From Rhizosphaericola mali (GTDB taxonomy: Bacteria; Bacteroidota; Bacteroidia; Chitinophagales; Chitinophagaceae), in the NCBI RefSeq assembly GCF_004337365.2, contig NZ_CP044016.1, positions 3,793,507 to 3,825,506 on the forward strand: 32,000 nt of DNA, written 5' to 3'. Each line of letters starts with the position of its first letter. Position 1 is the stretch's first letter. The notes under the pieces are model-generated. The model was not told where the DNA came from. It saw only the letters and a program-made list of their open reading frames with translations, and ran no database searches. The translations under genes and the position numbers were made by a program. Below are positions 15,666-26,234 of this stretch, piece by piece.

Positions 15666-16229
15666 ATGTCCCATAATAATCATAATGATCACGACAACGA
15701 AGATTTGAATAATCACATACCAGAAGAAAATGCATCTCAAGAAGAAGCGTTCGAACCTGCGGAAAGTATTATCAATGATGATGTAGTGGAAAAATTAAAA
15801 GCAGAAGTTGCAGAACAAAAAGACAAATATATTCGTCTAATGGCGGAATTTGAAAACTACAAACGCCGCAAAGCTGCTGAGATTCAAGATATTAATAAAA
15901 CAGCTGGAAAAGATATTATCATTTCCATGTTAGAAGTTCTGGATGATGCCGATCGTGCAGAAGCGCAATTGACTAAAGATGTACCAGTAGACCAACTTAA
16001 AGAAGGTATCCAATTGGTATTCAATAAATTAAGAAAAAATTTGTCCAATAAAGGTTTGAAGGAATTGCAAAGTATTCATCAAGAATTTGATCCTGAATTA
16101 CATGAAGCAATTACACAAATCCCTGCTCCTACAGAAGATTTGCAAGGCAAAGTTTTGGATCAAGTGAAGAAAGGATATTATTTGAATGACAAATTAATTC
16201 GCCACGCACAAGTTGTTGTAGGACAATAA
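15666..16229 (+). CDS. grpE: Nucleotide exchange factor GrpE
   Basis: The 187-aa protein has an acidic N-terminus, then DKYIRLMAEFENYKRR and the C-terminal GYYLNDKLIRHAQVVV typical of GrpE. Confidence 0.93.
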   Translation: MSHNNHNDHDNEDLNNHIPEENASQEEAFEPAESIINDDVVEKLKAEVAEQKDKYIRLMAEFENYKRRKAAEIQDINKTAGKDIIISMLEVLDDADRAEAQLTKDVPVDQLKEGIQLVFNKLRKNLSNKGLKELQSIHQEFDPELHEAITQIPAPTEDLQGKVLDQVKKGYYLNDKLIRHAQVVVGQ

Positions 16230-16343
16230 TTTTCATTTTTGAAAAGACATTTTCATGAACCCTGATTGCAAGCAATAGTAGCAATTGGGGTTACGTGTTT
16301 AAAAAAGTTTCTGAATTATAAAGAGGTTGAATAGTACAATTAT

Positions 16344-17516
16344 ATGAAAAGAGATTATTACGAAATATTAGAAATTTCAAAAACTGCCACAGCGGAAGAA
16401 ATTAAAAAAGCTTACCGCAAGACTGCCATGAAATTTCACCCAGATAGAAATCCTGGCGACAAAGTGGCAGAAGATAAATTTAAAGAAGCTGCTGAGGCAT
16501 ACGAGATTTTGGGTGATGAGGATAAGCGTGCGCGTTATGACCGTTATGGACATGCTGCATTTGATGGCGCAGCTGGCGGCGGATTTGGTGGTGGTGGTAT
16601 GAATATGAATGATATTTTCAGCCAATTCGGAGATATTTTTGGCGGTGGTGGTGGAGATGATATGTTCAGTAGTTTCTTTGGCGGTGGTGGACGTAACGGA
16701 GGCAGGAGTAGCACGGGCAGAGGTACAAGAGGTAGCAATTTGAGGATTAAAATCAAATTGAACTTCGAAGAAATGGCCAAAGGAGTTACAAAAAACATCA
16801 AAGTAAAAAAATACGTTCCTTGTAGTACTTGTGGTGGCACTGGAGCAAAAGATAAAAATAGCTTCCAAAATTGTAGCACTTGTGGTGGTAGTGGTCAAGT
16901 ACGTAAAGTTGCCAATACATTTTTAGGTCAGATGCAGACGGTCACTACCTGTCCAACTTGTAATGGAGAAGGCTCTGTAATTACTTCAAAATGTACTGCA
17001 TGTAAGGGAGAAGGTCGTGTTTATGGTGAAGAAACCGTCAATATAGAAATACCTGCGGGAGTTCAAGCAGGTATGCAATTGAGCATGCGCGGTAAAGGTA
17101 ATGCTGGTGAGCATGGCGGAGGCCCTGGTGATTTAATTATATTGATTGAAGAGGAAGCTCATTCAGAATTACACAGAGATGGCTTGAATGTAGGTTACGA
17201 TTTGCATATTACATTCATGGATGCTGTTTTTGGTGCGCAAGTGGAAGTACCTACAATTGATGGTAAAGCCAAAATCAAAATTCCTGCAGGTACGCAAAGT
17301 GGTAAGATTTTCCGATTGAAAGGAAAAGGTTTCCCTGAAGTAAATGGTTATGGCAAAGGAGATCAATTGATTAATGTCAGTGTATGGACGCCAACCAATC
17401 TTTCTTCGGAAGAAAAAGAAGTTTTGGAAAAAATGCGTGATAGCGAAAACTTCAAACCACAACCAGCAAAGAGCGATAGAAGCTTTTTTGATAAAATCAA
17501 AGATATCTTTAGTTAA
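16344..17516 (+). CDS. dnaJ: Molecular chaperone DnaJ
   Basis: The J domain carries HPD ([10 protein letters not shown]). A Gly/Phe-rich linker and four CxxCxGxG zinc-finger repeats follow ([32 protein letters not shown]). Confidence 0.97.
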   Translation: MKRDYYEILEISKTATAEEIKKAYRKTAMKFHPDRNPGDKVAEDKFKEAAEAYEILGDEDKRARYDRYGHAAFDGAAGGGFGGGGMNMNDIFSQFGDIFGGGGGDDMFSSFFGGGGRNGGRSSTGRGTRGSNLRIKIKLNFEEMAKGVTKNIKVKKYVPCSTCGGTGAKDKNSFQNCSTCGGSGQVRKVANTFLGQMQTVTTCPTCNGEGSVITSKCTACKGEGRVYGEETVNIEIPAGVQAGMQLSMRGKGNAGEHGGGPGDLIILIEEEAHSELHRDGLNVGYDLHITFMDAVFGAQVEVPTIDGKAKIKIPAGTQSGKIFRLKGKGFPEVNGYGKGDQLINVSVWTPTNLSSEEKEVLEKMRDSENFKPQPAKSDRSFFDKIKDIFS

Positions 17517-17541
17517 GAGATTTGTTTTTAATGAATATTTA

Positions 17542-17568
17542 AAGAATCGGGCAATTTGCTCGATTCTT
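17542..17568 (+). terminator. Rho-independent terminator downstream of dnaJ
   Basis: The stem AAGAATCG.../...CGATTCTT extends through inner G-C pairs to about 12 bp with a 3-nt loop. TTTT follows (17569-17572). Confidence 0.8.
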
Positions 17569-17631
17569 TTTTATTAATACACTAATAACAATATTATAAT
17601 AGCGGATTTTGTAGCTTTCACTGACTTCATT

Positions 17632-20600
17632 ATGAATATTCAAATAAAAGCCACAATGTATTTTCATTCAAAAAACCTATTTTCTGCAATTGTAACTTTT
17701 TTTATCATCCTTGGTATACTTACTAAAGTATGCGCTCAATCAGATCCTGTAAATCGTTTATTTTCGGCGACGGATACGGCATCTGTACCTTCTGAAATCG
17801 AGAATCCCGAATGTTTAGGTATCAATAAATTGCCTGCGCATGCTACCTTGATGCCATATGCGAATATGCAAGAAGCATTACAAGCGGATAGACATCAATC
17901 TTCTTTTTATAGATCATTGAATGGCACATGGAAATTTCATTGGGTTGCCTGGCCTCAAAAACGTCCTGTTGATTTTTACAAAGACAACTATGATGTTTCT
18001 TCATGGGCAGACATTGCAGTACCATCTAATTGGGGAATGAAAGGATATGGAACTCCGGACTATAGTAACTACGACTATATATTCCAAAAGGATTTTCCAC
18101 ATGTAATGAGTACGCCGCCATTGAGTTTTACAACCTATACAGAAAGAAACCCCGTTGGAAGTTATAAGCGCAATTTCGAAGTGCCTTCTAATTGGAATAA
18201 TAGACAAATTCTCATCACATTTGATGGTGTAGATGCAGGTTTTTTTCTTTGGATAAATGGTAAAAAAGTAGGTTATAGTGTTAATAGTCGTAATGCAGCT
18301 GAATTTGACATTACAGATTATGTACACGCTGGACAAAATACGGTTGCAGTAGAAGTCTATCGTTTTACAGTTGGAAGTTATTTAGAAGATCAAGATATGT
18401 GGAAATTGAGTGGCATATTCAGAAATGTTTCGCTTTGGAGTGCTCCGAAAGTCCAGATACGTGATTATTTCATCCAAACTGATCTGGACGCACAATATAA
18501 AAATGCTACAGAAAGTGTTCAAGTAAAAATTCACAATTATAGTAACCAGATGGCTCCGGATCGTACAGTAGAAGCTACTATATTGGATAATAAAAAATCT
18601 ATACAAACAGTAACCACTAAAGTGCCATCTTTAGCACCGGGACAAGAGACTATAGTAAATTTGCAAATTCCAGTTACAAATCCTCGTAAATGGACTGCGG
18701 AAACACCTAATTTGTATACTACAATATTGACGTTAAAGGATGGTTCTAAACAAGAAGAAATTATTTCCGCTCGTACAGGCTTCCGTAAAGTAGAGATTAA
18801 AGGTCGAATATTTATGGTAAATGGCGTACCTGTCAAACTAAAAGGTGTTAATCGTCATGAAAATTGGCCCGACAATGGACATGCTATCACGGAGGCCCAG
18901 ATGATTAAAGATCTAATTTTAATCAAACAAACCAATTCAAATCACATACGTACTTGTCACTATTCTGACGATCCACGTTGGTATGAGTTGTGTGATGAAT
19001 ATGGCATTTATTTAGTTGCGGAAGCGAATTTGGAATGTCATGGCGCTATGGGAGAATTCGATGAAGAGCCTAGGATCAAAGCGGCTATTATAGACAGAAA
19101 TGTGGCGAATGTAGAAAATTTCAAAAACCATCCATCTGTTGTAATTTGGTCTTTGGGAAATGAATGTGGTAATGGAGGTTCCAATTTCAGAGCAGCTTTA
19201 GCAACTATTCGCAAAATTGATTCTACACGTCCGACACACTATGAAGGTTTTGGAATTGGCAATGGTAATCCAGCTGATTTGGATAGTCGTATGTATACTG
19301 ATTTGAAAAATGTAGAAAAAAATGCCAATGATAAAGGCTTGACAAAGCCATTTTATTTATGTGAATATGCACATACGATGTTTAATTCTATGGGATCTGT
19401 TGACAAATACAATGAACTTTTTGATAAATATCCAGAATTAATGGGCGGTGCAATTTGGGAATGGCAAGATCAAGGTTTGTATAATAATCGTGATCCAAAA
19501 CATCCCATCACCGCTTATGGTGGAGGCTTTGGCGAAGTACCCAATGATCATTATTTCATACATAAAGGTGTCGTTTTTTCTGATAGAAGTTGGAAACCTC
19601 AATATCCAGAATTAAAAAGAGTGTATCAATGGATAAGCGTTACGCCTATAGATTTTTCCAAACAAACGTTTACGATCAAAAACAGATATCAATTTACCAA
19701 TTTAGATAGTTTAAATGCAACCTGGACGATAAGCGAAGATGGAAAAATGATTGCTTCTGGCCCATTGAATGTGGGTGAATTATTACCCAATAAAGAAAAA
19801 CAAATAAAAATTCCTTACAAATTCACACCAAAACCAGGATCAGAATATTTTGTTCGTGTCGCGTTTCAATTAAAAAATGCAAATATATGGGCACCTAAAG
19901 ATTTTGAAGTTGCAGGTATCCAAATTGAATTACCTAAGAAGGAATATACTGCTCCTTCAAATAATGGTCCGACGCTAGAGTTCACAAGAAATGGAGATAG
20001 TTACTTATTTAAAGGTGCTAATTTCAGTGCTAATTTTGATACCAAAAAAGGCATTTTCACTTCTTTAAAATCTAAAGAAAATGAAATTTTGGAAAATGAA
20101 AATGCAGGTCCACAACTCCATTTATGGCGCGCGCCACATCAAAAAGATGATATGTGGGCGTATGATGATTGGGCTAATAATGGGTTAAAATCATTAAAAT
20201 GGACAGTCGAAAAAACTTCGAGCAAAAAACTTTCAGACAATGAATACCAAGTGGATTGTCAGTTAAAAGCAGAAGGTAAAAATGGATTTATCGTGCACCA
20301 AACGATACAATATCATATCTACGGAAATGGTAAAATTGTATCTGACAATGCAGTTCATTTTGATGGTCCGCAATTTAGTTTAGCACATATAGGGGTTAGA
20401 TTATATTTGAATAAATCTTTAGATAGTGCACAATATTTTGGACGTGGTCCTATGGAAAATTATGCAGATCGAAAGATCGGTTCTGATGTTGGTGTATATG
20501 CCGCAGCCGTTACTAACTTGATGACGCCTTATGAAAAGCCGATGGAAAATGGCAACCACGAAGATGTTCGCTGGTTGCAGATTTTCTCTCAAAATGGTAC

Positions 20601-20838
20601 ACCTGTAATATTCGGTGCAGGCATTAATAATTTGTTTCAGTTTTCCGCATTACCATATAGTGATGAAGAAATGGAAGATGTGGCATACAAAATTGATTTA
20701 CCCAAGTCAAATCATACTGTTGTATGTTTGAGTACAAAGACTTTAGGAGTAGGATCTTATGGTTGTGGTCCAATCCCTTTAGAGGAATATAGAGTACCAA
20801 CAAAGGATACTAAATTTACTTACACCATTCAATTATAA
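17632..20838 (+). CDS. GH2 beta-galactosidase (LacZ-like), secreted/periplasmic
   Basis: The 1068-aa protein conserves the LacZ acid/base motif WSLGNECGNG and the nucleophile motif YLCEYAHTMFNSMG. The C-terminal region resembles the beta-galactosidase small-chain domain. An N-terminal signal peptide ends in KVCAQ. The start could instead be the ATG at 17656. Confidence 0.9.
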   Translation: MNIQIKATMYFHSKNLFSAIVTFFIILGILTKVCAQSDPVNRLFSATDTASVPSEIENPECLGINKLPAHATLMPYANMQEALQADRHQSSFYRSLNGTWKFHWVAWPQKRPVDFYKDNYDVSSWADIAVPSNWGMKGYGTPDYSNYDYIFQKDFPHVMSTPPLSFTTYTERNPVGSYKRNFEVPSNWNNRQILITFDGVDAGFFLWINGKKVGYSVNSRNAAEFDITDYVHAGQNTVAVEVYRFTVGSYLEDQDMWKLSGIFRNVSLWSAPKVQIRDYFIQTDLDAQYKNATESVQVKIHNYSNQMAPDRTVEATILDNKKSIQTVTTKVPSLAPGQETIVNLQIPVTNPRKWTAETPNLYTTILTLKDGSKQEEIISARTGFRKVEIKGRIFMVNGVPVKLKGVNRHENWPDNGHAITEAQMIKDLILIKQTNSNHIRTCHYSDDPRWYELCDEYGIYLVAEANLECHGAMGEFDEEPRIKAAIIDRNVANVENFKNHPSVVIWSLGNECGNGGSNFRAALATIRKIDSTRPTHYEGFGIGNGNPADLDSRMYTDLKNVEKNANDKGLTKPFYLCEYAHTMFNSMGSVDKYNELFDKYPELMGGAIWEWQDQGLYNNRDPKHPITAYGGGFGEVPNDHYFIHKGVVFSDRSWKPQYPELKRVYQWISVTPIDFSKQTFTIKNRYQFTNLDSLNATWTISEDGKMIASGPLNVGELLPNKEKQIKIPYKFTPKPGSEYFVRVAFQLKNANIWAPKDFEVAGIQIELPKKEYTAPSNNGPTLEFTRNGDSYLFKGANFSANFDTKKGIFTSLKSKENEILENENAGPQLHLWRAPHQKDDMWAYDDWANNGLKSLKWTVEKTSSKKLSDNEYQVDCQLKAEGKNGFIVHQTIQYHIYGNGKIVSDNAVHFDGPQFSLAHIGVRLYLNKSLDSAQYFGRGPMENYADRKIGSDVGVYAAAVTNLMTPYEKPMENGNHEDVRWLQIFSQNGTPVIFGAGINNLFQFSALPYSDEEMEDVAYKIDLPKSNHTVVCLSTKTLGVGSYGCGPIPLEEYRVPTKDTKFTYTIQL

Positions 20839-20847
20839 TTATTTTAT

Positions 20848-20881
20848 ACCGATGTAGCGACCTTTTTAGTTCTACATCGGT
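20848..20881 (+). other. Intercistronic hairpin between GH2 and GH97 genes (no U tract)
   Basis: A perfect 10-bp stem ACCGATGTAG/CTACATCGGT with a 14-nt loop lies 10 nt after the GH2 stop and 21 nt before the GH97 ATG. Confidence 0.5.
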
Positions 20882-20902
20882 TACTATTAAAACGATCAAG
20901 CA

Positions 20903-22846
20903 ATGCCATTACGATATTTTTTATTGAGTTTTTCTACATTACTATTTACCCAAATTTTTGCGCAAGACTACACTATCCAATCTCCAGATGCGACTATTCA
21001 AGCAATTATACAAACAGGAAAACAAATTCATTTTCAAATTATAGTTGATCATAAAAATGTACTAGAAAATGGCACTATTGCGATAGAAGCGCAAGCTTTA
21101 AAACAAAAAGATTGGAAAGTAAAATCTGTCAAAAAATCAGTAATCGCGGAAACATTAACAGCTATCGTTCCCCAAAAATCTTTGAAAATACCTGATAGTT
21201 GTAATCAATTGTCTATTCAATTTCAAAATGGTTGGCAATTACAATGGCGAGTGTATAACAATGGAATAGCATGGCATTGGCAAGGTAATGGATCAAAAGA
21301 AAATATCATTAATACGGAAAATATCGCCTTCGATTTAGATAAAAAAGGAAAAACTTGGTATCCGGAAGAATCTGAATTTTTCTCTCATAACGAAAGAGAA
21401 TATCAGGTATATAGTTTGGATACTATGGAAAAAGACAAATTAGCTAGTTTACCTATATTATTCGAATCGCAAAGTATAAAATTGTTGCTGACGGAAACTT
21501 CACTTTTTCATTATCCTGGATTATGGCTTACTAGCCAAGGGAAAAATAGTTTCCAATCCACATTTCCTCATTTTCCGAAAAAACTAAGAGAAGAAGGGGA
21601 CAGAAATGAAAAAGTCGATGAGAGAGAAAACTATTTGGCCAGAACAAAAACTTTAGATTCACTTCCTTGGCGTATAGTGATGATCGCCAGAAAAGATAAA
21701 GAATTATTGGATAATCAATTAGTTTATCAAAATGCCCTTCCATCTGTAGGAGATTATTCTTGGGTAAAACCCGGTAAAGTTCAATGGGATTGGTGGCACT
21801 ATAACAATGTTTATAATGTTCCTTTCCGAGCAGGAGTCAACAATGACACTTATAAATATTACATTGATTTTGCCGCTAAAAATCATATTGAATACATCAT
21901 GCTTGATGAAGGTTGGAGCGATACCCGCGATTTATTAAAACAGACAAAAGATATTGATATTCAAGAATTAGTAAATTATGGTAAAGACAAAAATGTCGGA
22001 GTGATGCTTTGGATGACTTGGTTGGCAATTGACAAACAAATGAATGTAGCCATGGACCAATTTCAAAAATGGGGCGTAAAAGGAATTAAGGTCGATTTTA
22101 TGCAACGCGACGACCAGCCTATGGTGGAGTTTTATGAACGTACAGCTATTGCTGCCGCCAAAAGACAGTTACTCGTTGACTTTCATGGAGCTTACAAACC
22201 AACTGGTTGGTTGCGCACCTTCCCGAATGTCATGACTTCAGAAGGCGTCTATGGAAATGAACAAAGCAAATCCTCTCCAACTATAACACCGACACATACA
22301 ACGACAATCCCATATATAAGAATGGCGGCAGGTCCTATGGACTTTACTCCAGGAAGTATGAATAATATTACAAAGGGTAATTTTGCCGCGGAGCCTGCAG
22401 AACCAATGACACCTGGTACAAGAGCCAACCAAATGGCGATGTATGTTATATTCGAAAGTCCGCTACAAATGCTTTGCGACATTCCTACGCATTATATAGA
22501 AAATCCCGAGTGTATGCAGTTCCTCTCTGCGGTACCATCAGTTTGGAAAAATACAATTCCGATTGATGGAAAGGTTGATGAATATACAGTGATGGCTCGA
22601 GAAGCATTAAATGGAGATTGGTATGTAGGCGCAATGACAGATTGGAATAAAAGAAATATTGACCTATCATTTGATTTTTTGCCCAAAGGGAAAAAATATA
22701 AATTAACTTATTGGAAAGATGGACCCAATGCAGATCGCAACGCAAAAGATTATCAAATGGGAACTATAAACGTAGATCAATCTTCTAAAATGACATTACA
22801 TTTGACTGAAGGTGGCGGTTTTGTTGCAAGATTAATTGAAATATAG
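20903..22846 (+). CDS. GH97 family glycoside hydrolase (alpha-glucosidase/alpha-galactosidase family), secreted/periplasmic
   Basis: The 647-aa protein has the signal peptide MPLRYFLLSFSTLLFTQIFAQ. The N-terminal beta-sandwich pattern (WQLQWRVYNNGIAWHW) and catalytic-barrel motifs (IEYIMLDEGW, GIKVDFMQRDDQ, LVDFHGAYKPTG, MTSEGVYGNE) are typical of GH97. Confidence 0.85.
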   Translation: MPLRYFLLSFSTLLFTQIFAQDYTIQSPDATIQAIIQTGKQIHFQIIVDHKNVLENGTIAIEAQALKQKDWKVKSVKKSVIAETLTAIVPQKSLKIPDSCNQLSIQFQNGWQLQWRVYNNGIAWHWQGNGSKENIINTENIAFDLDKKGKTWYPEESEFFSHNEREYQVYSLDTMEKDKLASLPILFESQSIKLLLTETSLFHYPGLWLTSQGKNSFQSTFPHFPKKLREEGDRNEKVDERENYLARTKTLDSLPWRIVMIARKDKELLDNQLVYQNALPSVGDYSWVKPGKVQWDWWHYNNVYNVPFRAGVNNDTYKYYIDFAAKNHIEYIMLDEGWSDTRDLLKQTKDIDIQELVNYGKDKNVGVMLWMTWLAIDKQMNVAMDQFQKWGVKGIKVDFMQRDDQPMVEFYERTAIAAAKRQLLVDFHGAYKPTGWLRTFPNVMTSEGVYGNEQSKSSPTITPTHTTTIPYIRMAAGPMDFTPGSMNNITKGNFAAEPAEPMTPGTRANQMAMYVIFESPLQMLCDIPTHYIENPECMQFLSAVPSVWKNTIPIDGKVDEYTVMAREALNGDWYVGAMTDWNKRNIDLSFDFLPKGKKYKLTYWKDGPNADRNAKDYQMGTINVDQSSKMTLHLTEGGGFVARLIEI

Positions 22847-22886
22847 GATTTTGGTAAGTTCTTAAATTCTATGTATATTGTTGATT

Positions 22887-24365
22887 ATGTTTATATTGGG
22901 AATAGATTTGGGAACTTCCTTTGTGAAACTTTCCATTTATAATATAGAAAATCAACAAACAATTGCGGCCGTCACTTTTCCTGAAACGGAAGTTGCTATT
23001 GAAGTGCTACATCCAGATTGGGCAGAACAAGATCCAGAAATTTGGTGGAAAAATATCTGTGATGGTTTGCAAAAATTACAAACTAAAGCAGGAGAAGCTT
23101 ACAAACAAATAAAAGCAATTGGCATCGCATATCAGATGCATGGCTTGGTCTGTGTAGATGCACAACAAAATGTATTACGCAAAAGTATAATTTGGTGTGA
23201 TAGTAGGTCTATTGATATTGGTAATCAGGCATTCGCATCCATAGGAAAAGAGAAATGTTTAGAACATTTACTTAATTCGCCAGGAAATTTTACTGCATCC
23301 AAATTAAAGTGGGTAAAAGAAAACGAGCCCGATTTATTTGAAAAAATTGACAAAATAATGCTGCCAGGTGATTTTATTGCAATGAAGTTTACTGGAGAAA
23401 TCACCACGAGCATCGCCGCTTTAAGCGAAGGTATATTTTGGGATTTTAAAACGGCAACCCTATCTAAGGATATTTTAGAATATTATGGTTTTTCTGAAAA
23501 TTTAATTCCGACAATTCAAGAGGTATTCAGCGAACATGGTAGGATATCTAAAAAAATAGCAGAGACTACAGGCCTAAAAGAAGGAATCCCTATTACCTAC
23601 AAAGCGGGCGACCAACCTAATAATGCATTATCACTTAATGTATTTAAACCTGGAGAATTTGCTGCGACAGCTGGCACGTCAGGAGTTATATATGGTATAT
23701 CAGATCAATTGATATATGATTCAAAATCTAGAATTAATAGCTTCGCTCACGTCAATCATACAACGCAAAATCCGAGAATCGGAATTCTATTAAATATTAA
23801 TGGTGTAGGCATTGCTAATAGTTGGATCAAAAAAATTGCAAGTAAAGATTTGAATTATGAACAAATGAATCATGCCGCAGCAGAAATTCCTATTGGTAGC
23901 GAGCAATTAAGCTTTCTGCCTTTTGGAAATGGAGCAGAACGTATGTTAGAAAATAAAATCTTGCAGGCTCATTTAGACAATATTCAATTCAACGTTCATA
24001 AACCGGCACATATATATCGATCCGTACAAGAAGGTATAGCTTGTGCATTCAAATATGGAATGAAGGTTATTTTGGAAAATGGCATTACACCTAAAATCAT
24101 AAAAGCAGCTTATGCTAATATGTTTTTAAGTGAAGTATTTGCGCAGACATTTGTTAATTTATTAGAAATACCTGTTGAATTATACAAAGTTGACGGAAGC
24201 GTTGGTTCTGCTATTGGAGCAGCATATGGGGCAAAAATATTTACTTCTCTTGAAGAAGCTTTTCAAAATCAATCTCCTAATAACATCATCGAACCTCAAA
24301 AAAAACCAATAGCTTACGAAAATATGTACTATCAATGGGAACATTCTCTATCAAAATACTTGTAA
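22887..24365 (+). CDS. FGGY-family carbohydrate kinase (xylulokinase-like)
   Basis: The N-terminus is MFILGIDLGTSFVKLS, then HPDWAEQDPEIWW, GIAYQMHGLV and WCDSR, which are FGGY motifs. The track ORF begins at a TTG at 22878, and the ATG at 22887 is preferred. Substrate cannot be determined from the sequence. Confidence 0.85.
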   Translation: MFILGIDLGTSFVKLSIYNIENQQTIAAVTFPETEVAIEVLHPDWAEQDPEIWWKNICDGLQKLQTKAGEAYKQIKAIGIAYQMHGLVCVDAQQNVLRKSIIWCDSRSIDIGNQAFASIGKEKCLEHLLNSPGNFTASKLKWVKENEPDLFEKIDKIMLPGDFIAMKFTGEITTSIAALSEGIFWDFKTATLSKDILEYYGFSENLIPTIQEVFSEHGRISKKIAETTGLKEGIPITYKAGDQPNNALSLNVFKPGEFAATAGTSGVIYGISDQLIYDSKSRINSFAHVNHTTQNPRIGILLNINGVGIANSWIKKIASKDLNYEQMNHAAAEIPIGSEQLSFLPFGNGAERMLENKILQAHLDNIQFNVHKPAHIYRSVQEGIACAFKYGMKVILENGITPKIIKAAYANMFLSEVFAQTFVNLLEIPVELYKVDGSVGSAIGAAYGAKIFTSLEEAFQNQSPNNIIEPQKKPIAYENMYYQWEHSLSKYL

Positions 24366-24454
24366 ATAGTCCAAAATAGGCACTCAAAATTATTTACGAA
24401 ATCGAAATAGTTAATAATATTAATTAATACAGTTCATCAATATTTAGAATAACA

Positions 24455-24462
24455 TACATTTG
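24455..24462 (+). promoter_or_regulatory. Candidate -7 box TACATTTG upstream of SSS transporter gene
   Basis: This matches TAnnTTTG and lies 45 nt upstream of the ATG at 24508. No clear -33 TTG is present. Confidence 0.3.
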
Positions 24463-24507
24463 TAAGGTTGGTAAGTTTGCCAACTTTCTAAATTTTTTTG
24501 CCTAAGT

Positions 24508-26208
24508 ATGAACAAGTTAGCAACAGCAGACTACATTGTATTTTTGGTCTACTTTATTATAGTGGCCGGTTATGGGATTTGGATTTATAATAGAAAAAAA
24601 CAAGAACAAGTCAGTTCTGCTGATTATTTTCTTGCAGAAGGTTCATTAACATGGTGGGCAATTGGGTCTTCCTTGATAGCTTCCAATATCTCCGCAGAAC
24701 AGTTGATAGGAATGAGCGGTTCTGGTTTTAAAGTTGGATTAGCAATTGCCTCTTATGAATGGATGGCAGCTGCCACTTTAATCATTGTTGCGGTATTTTT
24801 TATGCCCGTTTATCTTAAAAACAAGATATTCACGATGCCGCAGTTTTTGAGTCAACGCTACAACGATAAAGTTGCGATGATCATGGCAGTATTTTGGTTA
24901 TTATTATACATCGTCGTGAATCTAATGTCTATTTTATATTTAGGCGCTTTAGCTTTGAGTGGTATCACAGGTATGTCGATCACATTTTGTTTATGTGCAC
25001 TTTCTTTATTTGCCATTGTCATTTCTTTAGGCGGTATGAAAGTAATCGGCTTTACGGATGTAATTCAAGTATTTTTCCTTGTGTTAGGCGGTATCGTGGC
25101 TACTTATATTGCCTTGAATATTATTTCTGATGGTAAAGGAGTGACTGCAGGATTTCACATTTTAACGAAAAATACGCCCACCCATTTCCAAATGATTTTC
25201 AAAAAACAAAATCCTAATTACATCGATCTGCCCGGGATGAGCGTACTCGTCGGTGGGTTGTGGATTGCCAATCTAAGCTATTGGGGTTGCAATCAATATA
25301 TAACGCAACGAGCGTTGGGGGCCAATTTGAAAACAGCTCGTGAAGGTTTACTATTTGCTGGCTTTATGAAAATGTTTATGCCGTTGATCGTAGTTGTGCC
25401 AGGTATAGCGATTTACTACATCATGCATACGCATCCAGGTATCGTTAATCCATCTGCAATGCTTACAAAAACGGGAGTGGAAGATCCGAACAAAGCATAT
25501 CCTGCCCTCTTGGGATTATTACCAATTGGTTTTAAGGGCTTATCTGTAGCGGCGTTGACAGCAGCGATCGTAGCATCGCTTGCCGGCAAAGTCAATAGTA
25601 TCGCAACAATTTTCACATTAGATATTTACAAAAAAGCATTCAACAAAACCGCATCCGAACAAAATCTGGTAAAAACAGGTAAAATCACTACCGTATTAGC
25701 GATGGTATTGGGATTAATTTTGTCCTTATTAATAGGTGATGCATTGATGGGTGAGGGCAAACAAGGATTCCAATACATCCAAGAATATTCAGGCTTTGTA
25801 TCTCCTGGGATTTTCGCTATGTTCTTGTTGGGATTTTTCTGGAAAAAAACGACTTCCAATGCTGCATTATTTGCAACTATTGGAGGTTTCTTAGTTTCCA
25901 TATTGTTGAAATTCCTTCCGAATATGGTTGACCTTTCTCCATTATATAGCATTGGTTGGGCAGTTCCAGTTGTACATGATCAAGTAAAAACAGTATTCGA
26001 AATTCCATTTATGGATCGTATGACAATCGTATTTACTTTTTGTGTAATCGGTATGGCAATCATCAGTATTAGAGAAAACAAAAAAGGAATTGAAACAGGT
26101 AAAGGATTAGAAATAGACAAATCTATGTTCAAAGTTGCACCCGGTTTTTTGGTCGGTGCAGTTTTAATTCTTGGATTGATTGTAGCTTTATATTCAGTAT
26201 TTTGGTAG
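24508..26208 (+). CDS. Sodium:solute symporter (SSS/SGLT family) sugar transporter
   Basis: The 566-aa protein is polytopic. The motifs DYFLAEGSLTWWAIGSSLIASNISAEQLIGMSG and GCNQYITQRALGA are characteristic of SGLT-like SSS transporters. Confidence 0.9.
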   Translation: MNKLATADYIVFLVYFIIVAGYGIWIYNRKKQEQVSSADYFLAEGSLTWWAIGSSLIASNISAEQLIGMSGSGFKVGLAIASYEWMAAATLIIVAVFFMPVYLKNKIFTMPQFLSQRYNDKVAMIMAVFWLLLYIVVNLMSILYLGALALSGITGMSITFCLCALSLFAIVISLGGMKVIGFTDVIQVFFLVLGGIVATYIALNIISDGKGVTAGFHILTKNTPTHFQMIFKKQNPNYIDLPGMSVLVGGLWIANLSYWGCNQYITQRALGANLKTAREGLLFAGFMKMFMPLIVVVPGIAIYYIMHTHPGIVNPSAMLTKTGVEDPNKAYPALLGLLPIGFKGLSVAALTAAIVASLAGKVNSIATIFTLDIYKKAFNKTASEQNLVKTGKITTVLAMVLGLILSLLIGDALMGEGKQGFQYIQEYSGFVSPGIFAMFLLGFFWKKTTSNAALFATIGGFLVSILLKFLPNMVDLSPLYSIGWAVPVVHDQVKTVFEIPFMDRMTIVFTFCVIGMAIISIRENKKGIETGKGLEIDKSMFKVAPGFLVGAVLILGLIVALYSVFW

Positions 26209-26234
26209 GCATTTATAATAGTCTCAAACGCAAG

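Noticed and set aside
16258-16292. Imperfect hairpin AACCCTGATTGC...GCAATTGGGGTT between grpE and dnaJ.
   Set aside because: It has two central mismatches and no following T-run. It could modulate grpE-dnaJ read-through, but the evidence is too weak to call it a terminator or regulator.
16636-16690. Direct repeats TTTGGCGGTGGTGG inside dnaJ.
   Set aside because: They encode the FGGGG repeats of the normal DnaJ G/F region. This is not an independent repeat element.
16377-16898. Long antisense ORFs (173 aa and 111 aa) opposite dnaJ, rich in Thr or Pro.
   Set aside because: They are artefacts of the GGT/GGC-rich Gly/Phe linker and zinc-finger region of dnaJ read on the opposite strand. The sequences are low complexity, and dnaJ itself is unambiguous.
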